From IMG/VR virus record IMGVR_UViG_2602041863_000006: 10,580 bases of DNA. One strand, written 5' to 3'. Origin of the DNA: a virus (Duplodnaviria; Heunggongvirae; Uroviricota; Caudoviricetes). The notes below the pieces were generated by a model, which did no database searches, was not told the origin of the DNA, and was given only the letters and a program-made list of their open reading frames with translations. This document shows, in pieces, positions 1-8,008 of the stretch (the stretch's first letter is position 1; each line of letters opens with the position of its first letter). A program made the translations under genes and the position numbers.

Positions 1-207
1 AGTTCCATTCCCCACCACCGTGCCACTTGATGCACCATCAAGCCAGTCGAAATTCATACCTCCACTGTTTGGTCTCCTTAATGGAACGGTATGTGTATGT
101 GCGCCAGCACTATTTGCAGTACCAGATACATTGTGGGTATCGCCATCATCGGTATCGGTGATGTCGTCCTCTGCGGGTCCGGGTTCAGTTCTGGCAACCA
201 TACTCAT
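1..207 (-). CDS. Hypothetical protein, N-terminal 69 codons only (gene runs off the left edge); Gly/Ser/Thr-rich with an AGAHTHT motif reminiscent of phage tail-fibre repeats
   Basis: ATG at 207..205 (minus) preceded by GGAG with an 8-nt spacer; the frame stays open to position 1; an in-frame stop lies upstream at 265-267. Translation: MSMVARTEPGPAEDDITDTDDGDTHNVSGTANSAGAHTHTVPLRRPNSGGMNFDWLDGASSGTVVGNGT. It does not resemble a P2 major capsid protein (gpN), which would be expected after O. Confidence 0.4.
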   Translation of the reverse strand, partial: MSMVARTEPGPAEDDITDTDDGDTHNVSGTANSAGAHTHTVPLRRPNSGGMNFDWLDGASSGTVVGNGT

Positions 208-302
208 GGGGTTCACTCCTGAAAAAAATCGGGCGGTGGGTGCGCGGTGTAAACGGTCACGGAGTCAAACCGGAACACCGCGCACGCCGCCCGCTGACGG
301 GG

Positions 303-890
303 TCAGTCGTTAATCCCCATTACGCGGTTAAACCACTGGGTGCCTTCTTCCTGGCGTTGTTCTGCCATTTCGATGATTTCAGACTCGATGGCTTCGGAAA
401 TGAGCGGTGCTTCACCCTGGACACTGTTGAACGTCATCACCGCCTGACGCTGCTGTGCCGTGAATTTCAGGCGCTCAGTGCCCAGGCTTGCCGGGGTGTC
501 GGTCATCGCCAGCCCGACCAGATAGGCGCGCCCGTTAACGGAGAACTGCGGGTGCAGTTCGATACTGGAATAGATTTTCTTGCCGTCCGCGACAAGCTGC
601 TTCATGCGCTCGGTCGGTTCGATTTCTGCATACAGCGCAGTACGTCCGGCCAGCGGACCTTCCGTAATGTCTTCCGTACTCAGTGCGGTGACATCGCCCA
701 TTGCGGAAAATTCGCTTGACGGGCATGGCGAGAGATAGTGCTCAACGTTCACGCGGGCAGCGTAAACATCCGGGTTGAAGTTCTCGGCGGCTTCACGCAG
801 ATGCACCGGACTGATTTCACGGCCATCAACAGTTGATCCGGAGACAGCCACGCGAAACTTTTTGCGGGATGTCTTTTTTTCATTAGCCAT
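303..890 (-). CDS. O: Capsid scaffolding protein, P2 gpO-like, apparently shortened (~195 aa versus ~284 aa in P2)
   Basis: ORF 303..923 (-). The N-terminal two-thirds (KKFRVAVSGSTVDGREIS...VEHY...YLVGLAMTDTPASLGTE) matches my recollection of P2 gpO. Preferred start is the ATG at 890..888, which has a GAGGGG Shine-Dalgarno 8 nt upstream; the ATG at 923 has none. The C-terminal tail is unlike gpO. Confidence 0.7.
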   Translation of the reverse strand: MANEKKTSRKKFRVAVSGSTVDGREISPVHLREAAENFNPDVYAARVNVEHYLSPCPSSEFSAMGDVTALSTEDITEGPLAGRTALYAEIEPTERMKQLVADGKKIYSSIELHPQFSVNGRAYLVGLAMTDTPASLGTERLKFTAQQRQAVMTFNSVQGEAPLISEAIESEIIEMAEQRQEEGTQWFNRVMGIND

Positions 891-923
891 AGTTTTTGCC
901 CCTCTGACTGGTTCTTCAGTCAT

Positions 924-1044
924 GATGGCAAAGCGTAACAGGCTGATACAAAGGGCTTTTGTTGTAAGAAAACGGCCAGAACAGGGGGTTAAGGAGAACG
1001 GTTTCGCGCGCGGGTAATCTTCCTGTAATTACTCAGGGGGAGCA
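924..1044. promoter_or_regulatory. Divergent intergenic region between O(-) and P(+); expected site of divergent late promoters
   Basis: 121 bp non-coding spacer between two divergently oriented start codons. In P2 this interval holds the Ogr-activated late promoters PO and PP. A canonical TGT-N12-ACA dyad was not found at correct spacing (closest is TGT-N15-ACA at 963-983). Confidence 0.4.
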
Positions 1045-2796
1045 ATGATTCAGGACGCTTTTGTGCGCCAGCGTGCGCGGCAACTTTACTGGCAGGGTTA
1101 TCCGCCCGCAGAAATATCACGTCTGATGGGAATAAACCCGAACACGATTTATGCGTGGAAAAAACGCGACCAGTGGGATGAAACGCCACCCGTGCAGCGT
1201 GTCACGCAGTCCATCGATGCGCGCCTCATCCAGCTTACTGAAAAACAGAATAAAACAGGTGGTGACTTTAAGGAAATAGACCTGCTGACCCGGCAGCTTA
1301 AAAAACTGCATGATGGCCAGCCGGATGCGACGGCCACAGGAAAGAAAGGCCGGGCGAAAAAACTTAAAAATCATTTCACGCCGGAGCAGATTGCCGCACT
1401 GCGGGAAAAAATCATCAGCAGGCTGGAGTGGCATCAGCGGGGCTGGTTTGACTCCCTGAGCCTTTGCAGGGAAGCCGGGATACGTAACAGGATGATCCTG
1501 AAATCCCGACAGATTGGGGCGACCTGGTATTTTGCACAGGAAGCACTGCTGATGGCGCTGCGTGACGATGTGGCACAACCTTACCAGCGTAACCAGATTT
1601 TTTTGTCTGCGTCGCGTCGTCAGGCGTTCCAGTTTAAAAGCATTATTCAGAAGGCCGCGGCTGAAGTTGATGTGGAGCTGAAAGGGGGCGATAAAATCAT
1701 CCTCTCCAACGGCGCAGAACTGCATTTTCTCGGTACTTCTGCTGCGACGGCACAGTCCTACACAGGCAATTTTTATTTTGATGAATTTTTCTGGGTCAGT
1801 CGCTTTGCTGAACTGCGCAAGGTGGCTGGCGCTATGGCAACCCTCAGCGGGCTGCGACGCACCTACTTCTCCACGCCATCCACCGAAACGCACGAGGCAT
1901 ACGTCTACTGGAACGGCGACCGCTGGAACGAGAAAAAGGCCGCGCATAAACGCCAGCGTTTTTCTGTGGACTGGAAAACGCTGCATAACGGGCTTATCTG
2001 CCCCGACCGGACGTGGCGGCAAATTGTCACGCTGGAAGATGTGGTTAATCACGGCTGGAAACACACCGATATTGACGAAATTCGTGATGAAAACACCGAA
2101 GACGAGTTCCGCAATCTCTATATGTGTGAGTTTGTCCGCGAAGGGGAATCGGCATTTAACCTGAATATCCTGATTGGCTGCGGTGTTGACGGATACGACG
2201 ACTGGAAAGACTGGAAACCTTTTGCTCCCCGCCCGATGGGGAATCGTCCGGTATGGATTGGGTATGACGCAAACGGCAGCAGTGGAAACGGCGACAGCGG
2301 CGCTGTGTCCGTGGTGGTTCCTCCGGCTGTTCCTGGTGGCCGTTTTCGAACGGTGGAGACGCGACGCGTTCAGGGGCTGGAGTTTGAAGAACAGGCCAGA
2401 GTCATTGAAGAGTTCACGTGTCGCTACAACGTGGAACACATCGGCATTGATGCGACTGGCGGGCACGGGGATGCCGTTTATCAGATAGTGAAACGGTTTT
2501 TCCCTGCTGCTATTCCGTACACCTTCACGCTGTCATCAAAACGGTCGCTGGTACTGAAAATGCTGCAAATAATGCGTGCCGGGCGGTGGGAATACGATCG
2601 CGCCGAACGCGAGCTGGTCGCGGCCTTTAACGCCGTGCGTAAGGTGAAAACACCGGGCGGCTTTATCACTTACGAAACGGACCGCGCGAGGGGGATCAGC
2701 CATGGCGACCTTGCGTGGGCAACCATGCTTGCTGTCATTAATGAACCGATTGGCGGCGAAGGAGAAAACGAGCGTTTCACGGTTATGGAGTTCTGA
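1045..2796 (+). CDS. P: Terminase ATPase (large) subunit, P2 gpP-like
   Basis: 583-aa ORF with a G-rich Shine-Dalgarno (AGGGGGAG, 1035-1042). N-terminal HTH-like segment (YPPAEISRLMGINPNTIYAWKKR) typical of gpP-family terminases. Size matches P2 gpP (~590 aa). The stop overlaps the downstream portal start (ATGA at 2794-2798). Confidence 0.85.
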   Translation: MIQDAFVRQRARQLYWQGYPPAEISRLMGINPNTIYAWKKRDQWDETPPVQRVTQSIDARLIQLTEKQNKTGGDFKEIDLLTRQLKKLHDGQPDATATGKKGRAKKLKNHFTPEQIAALREKIISRLEWHQRGWFDSLSLCREAGIRNRMILKSRQIGATWYFAQEALLMALRDDVAQPYQRNQIFLSASRRQAFQFKSIIQKAAAEVDVELKGGDKIILSNGAELHFLGTSAATAQSYTGNFYFDEFFWVSRFAELRKVAGAMATLSGLRRTYFSTPSTETHEAYVYWNGDRWNEKKAAHKRQRFSVDWKTLHNGLICPDRTWRQIVTLEDVVNHGWKHTDIDEIRDENTEDEFRNLYMCEFVREGESAFNLNILIGCGVDGYDDWKDWKPFAPRPMGNRPVWIGYDANGSSGNGDSGAVSVVVPPAVPGGRFRTVETRRVQGLEFEEQARVIEEFTCRYNVEHIGIDATGGHGDAVYQIVKRFFPAAIPYTFTLSSKRSLVLKMLQIMRAGRWEYDRAERELVAAFNAVRKVKTPGGFITYETDRARGISHGDLAWATMLAVINEPIGGEGENERFTVMEF

Positions 2797-3842
2797 TGAG
2801 CAGAAAAAATAAAAAAGTGCGCATGAGTTCACGCATTGATCTCGCTGATGCGCTCAGGAAAGAATCATCGCTCAGTGCATTCACATTTGATGGTCCTTAT
2901 CGCCTGACCGGGCATGACCTGCTGGACAATATGTACTGTGCTGATAACGGGCGGTGGTATGAAACCCCGGTGGACTGGTACGGTCTGGCAAGAGCTGCCC
3001 GGCAAACGTCCTGGCATCAGTCTGCGCTTTACTTTAAGCGCAATGTATTGCTCGGCTGCTATATTCCGCACCCGCTGCTTTCCCGGCAGGATTTCTCGGC
3101 GCTGGCGCTGGACTGGTTTGTGTTCGGTAACGCATTCCTTGAGCTTCGGAGCAATATGCTCGGCGAACCGCTTAAATTACGGCACGCCCTGGCGAAATAC
3201 ATGCGACGCGGAAGCGATCTTGAATCATGGTGGTATGTGCAGGATGGCAAGGATGCGTTTCAGTTTCGTCCTGGCAAAGTGTGCCACCTGATGAATCCGG
3301 ACATTAACCAGGAAATCTACGGCATGCCGGAATATCTTGGCGCATTACTCTCGGCCAGCCTGTCTCATTCGGCGGACATGTTCAGAAAACTGTACTACGA
3401 CAATGGATCCCACGCCGGGTGCATCATCTACATCGGTGCAGCGCAGGTAAACCGCGAAAGCATGGACTCCCTGAAGGAAACGCTACAGGGTGCGCGTGGT
3501 GGTGGTGCATTTAAAAACGTGCTCATTCACGCGCCCAACGGGGGCAAAGAAGGTGTGCAAATTTTGCCGTTCCAGCAGATCACCGCAAAGGATGAGTTCA
3601 TGAATGTTAAGGCGGCATCCCGTGATGATGTGCTGGCTGCGCACCGCGTTCCGCCGCAACTGATGGGGGCGATGCCGGGCGAAAAAAGTGCGTTTGGTGA
3701 TGTGGAGAAGGCAGCGCGGGTTTACGCAATTAACGAGCTGATGCCCGTAATGGAGGCCATGAAGCATATCAATGACTGGCTTGGCGAAGAGGTGATCCGC
3801 TTTAACCCTTACGCACTGCTGGACACTCAGCCCACATCCTGA
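2796..3842 (+). CDS. Q: Portal protein, P2 gpQ-like
   Basis: 348-aa ORF, translationally coupled to P (ATGA overlap), GGAG at 2787-2790. Size and position downstream of P match P2 gpQ (~344 aa). Confidence 0.85.
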   Translation: MSRKNKKVRMSSRIDLADALRKESSLSAFTFDGPYRLTGHDLLDNMYCADNGRWYETPVDWYGLARAARQTSWHQSALYFKRNVLLGCYIPHPLLSRQDFSALALDWFVFGNAFLELRSNMLGEPLKLRHALAKYMRRGSDLESWWYVQDGKDAFQFRPGKVCHLMNPDINQEIYGMPEYLGALLSASLSHSADMFRKLYYDNGSHAGCIIYIGAAQVNRESMDSLKETLQGARGGGAFKNVLIHAPNGGKEGVQILPFQQITAKDEFMNVKAASRDDVLAAHRVPPQLMGAMPGEKSAFGDVEKAARVYAINELMPVMEAMKHINDWLGEEVIRFNPYALLDTQPTS

Positions 3843-3868
3843 CGCGCTTCGCTTGTCTGCTGCTTCGC

Positions 3869-3893
3869 CGGGGCATAAAAAATTTATGCCCCG
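3869..3893. other. Perfect inverted repeat (11-bp arms, 3-nt loop) 27 bp downstream of the portal stop; possible terminator or protein-binding palindrome
   Basis: CGGGGCATAAA-aaa-TTTATGCCCCG. No U-tract follows on either strand, so it is not a classic intrinsic terminator. Confidence 0.35.
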
Positions 3894-4316
3894 ACTCTCC
3901 AGCTCCTGTATCAATCAGATAATTTCACGACATCTTCCAGCTTATCGCCATCATCGACGATCAGGCTCTTACGCAATCCCACCGCGTTGACTGCATGTTC
4001 TTGCCGCCTCAGTGCGATTTTGACGGCCTTATCTGTCACCCCATCAAATCAAAAGCCCTCACGTCTTTTTCACGCTCAGTGTGAGAAATACAGCCATTCT
4101 GTTGTGTCGCTGCGACATCGTTCAGGGAATGCTATTTACCCCCTGAAACGCGGGCTGTTCCCCCGTCACCTGCGCGCAGAAAAAGTGCGTTTTTTTGTGC
4201 ACGCACGGATCCTTGACGGATCCAGCCGCCACGCGGGCCGGAAGGGCAAAAAGTCGTTCAAAATAATTGTGCAAATTTGTGCACTATCGTGCATGTAAAT
4301 TCATAAAAAAATTACA

Positions 4317-4339
4317 GAAAAAAGGCCGCTTTCGCGGCC
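4317..4339 (-). terminator. Rho-independent terminator for the ATPase-peptidase operon
   Basis: GGCCGC-tttc-GCGGCC hairpin (4324-4339) followed on the minus strand by a run of 7 T (complement of 4317-4323). It lies 8 bp past the peptidase stop (4347-4349). Confidence 0.6.
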
Positions 4340-4346
4340 ATAAAAA

Positions 4347-6551
4347 TTACGTGTCGAGAGAAATTTGTGTGCGCAGTTGAATAGGATTCAGAATTGTATA
4401 TCGCTGGCGAATAACATTATATAAATCAAAGTCTTTTACCCTTACGCTTATTACCATCGCATATTGCATATCAGGGGCTGAAACTCCCTTAACATGGCGC
4501 GAAGAATCTCGGGCATGATACCGTATATCAAAAACTGGATCGCTTAATAATGTATCAGCACTGAACTTTTTGCTTCTGTGCAAACAAGTTTCCCACTTAT
4601 GACCTTCACTCCTACACTCCCTTTCAGTCTTATACTGGCTTTTTTGACCAAAGAAATCATCTGTATCGGTATCGTCAAGGCCGAATCTTGGGCGGAAAGT
4701 TACCTGCATACCGGCCCTTGTATAGTTTACTGAATGTTCAGGATCTACTGGGGTTTGAATGCATAAAGTAGCGGTAAGCTCAAATGCTTCGTCAAAGGGA
4801 ACATCAGGGAATGGGATCGGTGCCCTTAAATATTTATTTTTTGCTAATGAACCATAGTAAATTACTGTAGCAGTATCATTTGGACAATCGATTAAAACGT
4901 TAGGATCCTCACTAAACCGTCCCCAACCGATATGTTCACGCGAATATTTTCTTGATGTTTCAGCATGATGAACAAGCAACGCTTTCAATGCAATGGTGTT
5001 CAATGGAGTTCCTGATAGAGCCGCAACTCCAGCGGCCGTTCTCAATGCTAATGGAGAGGCATAACTGGTTCCTTGAACTCCAACTATAGAACCAAGCAAA
5101 GGGTTGTAAGTGTAAAAAGGCTCGTCGTCGCTTCCACCAAAAATAACACCATCAGGTTTAACGAATCCGGGGCTTCTGCCTGGGCCAATACAGCTATATG
5201 GTGCCCGCCCCCATTTTTCACCGCTACGATCAGCAGCACCAATCGCTAGCGCGTTTACCATATCGGAAGGAGGTTGTATTCTCGCTGCATCACCGTCCTC
5301 ATTGCCATCATTCCCAACAGCAACAGTAAGTAATATCCCATGCTTAGCACAGATTTGGTCTAAAACAGCAGTCCATACATGAACCTCATCATCACCAATT
5401 GGAAGATGAGGACCAATACTTAGATTAGCGAACTTATAGTCACCACTATCAAGAACGGACTGTATTTTCTTAAGGACATCAAATAAATCCCAATTGCCAT
5501 TGTCACCTGATGTCGGTGAAAGAACTCTATAATGATCTACATTCATAAACGGTCTTTTAAAAGAAGGTGCATTTTCCTCGACACGTCCGAATAAGAAAGT
5601 GGATGTTACTTCATTACCGTGCTGCAATAATAATCCGCTTGTTTCTTTGGTGTCTGGATACACGTATTCCGTAACCCAATTACTCAAGTCAGCTGTCCCC
5701 AAGCCACCATCAAAAATGGCAATACGTTCGGATTCAAGAACAGCTTTAGAATTAGGGAGCTCCGGTGTAACTATATTAGATAACTTTCTGACAATGTTCG
5801 GCTGAGTACACCTGAGAGACGGCATCGGCCGCACAACGCGGATTAATGAAAAATCGAGTGTTTTTTTCATATCTTCAGGTCGCGCGTGTGCAACGATGAA
5901 AGTCAGTCCACCAACTTGGATTCTACTTTTGTAATCAACAGAGACACCATATTGTGCCGCATAGCTAATATAGGCTTTAACGATATCATCGTCTTCAACC
6001 CCAGCATGAAGAACCACTTCAAATTTTATCAAATCACTTTTCGCATGCTCAAAATTGCGTGCTCTCTCTTTTCCTTCAAAAAAGCTAACACTTTCAATTT
6101 CGATCAAATCCTTTTGTACGCCCTTCGGAGCTGTAGGGGAATTTAAAATTTCCTTAAATCTTATAACGGCATCATCATCACCGCTAACAAACAGTTGCGC
6201 CGTTACTAAGTCCTTATTCTGATCGCACTGACGTGCCGCTTTCCGTGGGCGAATGATTACCTGACGGCTACCGACATCCCGTAAACCTGTCGCTCTAAGT
6301 AATCCTTCCGGAAAGTAGCTTTTACCCAAAAACGCTGGGTGTAAAGTTAAATTGAATACACTCTCCCCCCTTGGCTTAGCCGCATCATCCAAACTGCGAA
6401 AGCGTGAGAGTAAAGTATCAATCTCTGGGTTTAAATGCTCCCTTACTTCTTCAAGAGTATAGGGATAGCGCTTACCATCCCTTCCTTTAGGCAAAGGTTC
6501 CTTTTTTGTCAGAACATGACCGTTACCTAAAAGTAAGTTCCTTTCCATCAT
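4347..6551 (-). CDS. ietS: Subtilisin-like (S8) serine peptidase, 734 aa, with a ~270-aa N-terminal region and ~200-aa C-terminal region of unknown function; candidate effector of an IetAS-like defence pair
   Basis: Catalytic triad motifs in subtilase order and spacing: Asp in IAIFDGGLG (D281), His in LLQHGNEVTS (H311), oxyanion Asn in AVGNDGN (N414), Ser in GTSYASPLAL (S496, codon complement of 5064-5066). The start ATG overlaps the upstream ATPase stop (ATGATG, 6546-6551) with GGGGG 8 nt upstream. AT-rich codon usage unlike the flanking phage genes. Gene symbol is from recall of the Gao et al. 2020 system and is unverified. Confidence 0.85.
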   Translation of the reverse strand: MMERNLLLGNGHVLTKKEPLPKGRDGKRYPYTLEEVREHLNPEIDTLLSRFRSLDDAAKPRGESVFNLTLHPAFLGKSYFPEGLLRATGLRDVGSRQVIIRPRKAARQCDQNKDLVTAQLFVSGDDDAVIRFKEILNSPTAPKGVQKDLIEIESVSFFEGKERARNFEHAKSDLIKFEVVLHAGVEDDDIVKAYISYAAQYGVSVDYKSRIQVGGLTFIVAHARPEDMKKTLDFSLIRVVRPMPSLRCTQPNIVRKLSNIVTPELPNSKAVLESERIAIFDGGLGTADLSNWVTEYVYPDTKETSGLLLQHGNEVTSTFLFGRVEENAPSFKRPFMNVDHYRVLSPTSGDNGNWDLFDVLKKIQSVLDSGDYKFANLSIGPHLPIGDDEVHVWTAVLDQICAKHGILLTVAVGNDGNEDGDAARIQPPSDMVNALAIGAADRSGEKWGRAPYSCIGPGRSPGFVKPDGVIFGGSDDEPFYTYNPLLGSIVGVQGTSYASPLALRTAAGVAALSGTPLNTIALKALLVHHAETSRKYSREHIGWGRFSEDPNVLIDCPNDTATVIYYGSLAKNKYLRAPIPFPDVPFDEAFELTATLCIQTPVDPEHSVNYTRAGMQVTFRPRFGLDDTDTDDFFGQKSQYKTERECRSEGHKWETCLHRSKKFSADTLLSDPVFDIRYHARDSSRHVKGVSAPDMQYAMVISVRVKDFDLYNVIRQRYTILNPIQLRTQISLDT

Positions 6552-7630
6552 TTAATCCCCCACTTTTGTAATTTATTCGCGATTGTTGGATGTGAAACAC
6601 CAACTAATTCAGCTATCTTCCTATTTGAAAAACCGTCAAAATGATATTTAATTATATTGAGATCATTATCGCTAAATTCATCCAATGAAACCCTCTCCGT
6701 AATTACGGCTTCTATTAATGAGCTTTCAAATGGAATATTTCTAAGTACCTCATTCTTTTTGGAGAAATTCAAAATACGGTTAATGATGGCAAAGGACATG
6801 CCATCTAATAATGGTGCAAGTTTTTTAGATAGTTCAGGTTCAATATTATGATTGACTAAATATCTATCTATCAGTTCTACTGATGGCATATTAAATTTAA
6901 GGATGTGCTCAAATCGACGCCAAACAGCCGGATCTAAGATATCAGGGTGATTAGTCGCAGCAACAAGAAGCGAGGTCGCTGGCCACTCATCTATGGTCTG
7001 TAGGAGTACAGTAACTAAACGTTTTAATTCTCCAACGTCCCTGTCATCATCACGTCTTTTTGCAACAGCATCAAATTCATCAAGCAAAAGGACACATGGT
7101 TTCTCTTTGGCATAATCCATAACGGATTTAATATTATTACCTGTTTTTCCCAAAAGAGAACTCATTACAGATGAGAGATCCAATGTTAAAAGAGGTAAAT
7201 TTAACTTTGCAGCAAGCCAATGTGCGGACATTGTTTTGCCTACGCCTGGCGGGCCAGAAAGTAAAACCGTCTTCACAGGTTCAAGACCAGCTTTGAACAA
7301 AGAAACAGCATTCTCTCTTTCGTTAACAATTGACTCCAGCTTCTTTGAGATATCCGTATTCCATACAGGTTCTTCAACAATTGCGTTGACAGATGTTTCC
7401 TGCAAAAGGTTTCGTCTGGAGTCTCCATCCACAGGCATAGGAGCCTTACTAGATGCCCCACGTAATACTGTTCCCTCAGCAATTAACGAAGCCAGCTTAG
7501 AAGCTAAAGCCTCATCATTTTTACGGATGTTGTTAATCATCTTTCTGCATAGGAGTGTAAATGCATTTGCGTTGCCTTTGATGCCTTGCTCGATGAGTTT
7601 GAAAAGTTCATCCTCCCTCACGTTTACCAT
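6548..7630 (-). CDS. ietA: AAA+ ATPase (classical AAA clade) with C-terminal helix-turn-helix; candidate ATPase partner of an IetAS-like defence pair
   Basis: Walker A GPPGVGKT (complement of 7232-7255), Walker B VLLLDEFD, sensor and Arg-rich segment (ATNHPDILDPAVWRRFE), C-terminal HTH-like NRKIAELVGVSHPTIANKLQK. Preferred start is the ATG at 7630 (MVNVRE...), which has GGGGG upstream; the ORF-track start at 7675 has no Shine-Dalgarno. Gene symbol is from recall and is unverified. Confidence 0.85.
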   Translation of the reverse strand: MVNVREDELFKLIEQGIKGNANAFTLLCRKMINNIRKNDEALASKLASLIAEGTVLRGASSKAPMPVDGDSRRNLLQETSVNAIVEEPVWNTDISKKLESIVNERENAVSLFKAGLEPVKTVLLSGPPGVGKTMSAHWLAAKLNLPLLTLDLSSVMSSLLGKTGNNIKSVMDYAKEKPCVLLLDEFDAVAKRRDDDRDVGELKRLVTVLLQTIDEWPATSLLVAATNHPDILDPAVWRRFEHILKFNMPSVELIDRYLVNHNIEPELSKKLAPLLDGMSFAIINRILNFSKKNEVLRNIPFESSLIEAVITERVSLDEFSDNDLNIIKYHFDGFSNRKIAELVGVSHPTIANKLQKWGIK

Positions 7631-7934
7631 AAAACCCCCAATAAAACATAAGCTTGTGTAAGCTGGTAACTGCATTGATGAAAATCAGTGCCTAATGTTA
7701 CCACTCTTGCTGGCGTTATTCAAAGAGTATCCTCACTTTTTTACTGTATGGATAATCAGCATAAAATCTATCCAGTTGGGTTACTCGAACATATTGTCAA
7801 TACTTGTTTCCAACGATTGATCAGTTCTACAGTTTTATCTCCTTCACTTGTGTTGGCAGCATGCTTATTCCTGAACCAGCTCGATTACTTGGCCATTTGA
7901 GAAAGATGTGTAGATCTTCTGATGGTTTGTATTG

Positions 7935-7965
7935 GAACGGGGTGCATAGTGATTTGCACCCCGTT
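7935..7965. other. GC-rich inverted repeat between parR and the AT-rich island; possible bidirectional terminator or boundary element
   Basis: AACGGGGTGCA-tagtgattt-TGCACCCCGTT, followed on the + strand by TCTTTATGTT. A second short palindrome CAGGGCG-aata-CGCCCTG at 7988-8005 sits just past the parR stop. Confidence 0.35.
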
Positions 7966-8008
7966 CTTTATGTTATGGGATTGGTGGCAGGGCGAATACG
8001 CCCTGATG

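Noticed and set aside
20-719. Plus-strand ORFs 20..313 and 240..719
   Set aside because: Both are antisense to the gpO-like gene and the left-edge ORF. Their translations are Arg/Pro-rich and of low plausibility.
924-1044. Ogr-type TGT-N12-ACA late-promoter dyad
   Set aside because: The closest candidates are TGT-N15-ACA and TGT-N18-ACA, not the canonical spacing, so no specific activator site is claimed.
1117-2466. 449-aa minus-strand ORF antisense to the terminase gene
   Set aside because: It lies wholly inside the well-supported gpP-like terminase gene on the opposite strand. Long antisense ORFs are common in GC-rich phage genes. No Shine-Dalgarno and no recognisable motifs.
3987-4298. 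103-aa plus-strand ORF in the cos-proximal spacer
   Set aside because: No Shine-Dalgarno; the translation is Arg/Cys/Ser-rich and looks like non-coding sequence. The region is better explained as regulatory or cos DNA.
3843-4346. Exact P2 cos 19-mer
   Set aside because: I looked for the recalled P2/186 cohesive-end sequence (GGCG[A/T]GGCGGGGAAAGCA[C/T]) and its complement and found only loose GC-rich resemblance, so I do not call a cos site.
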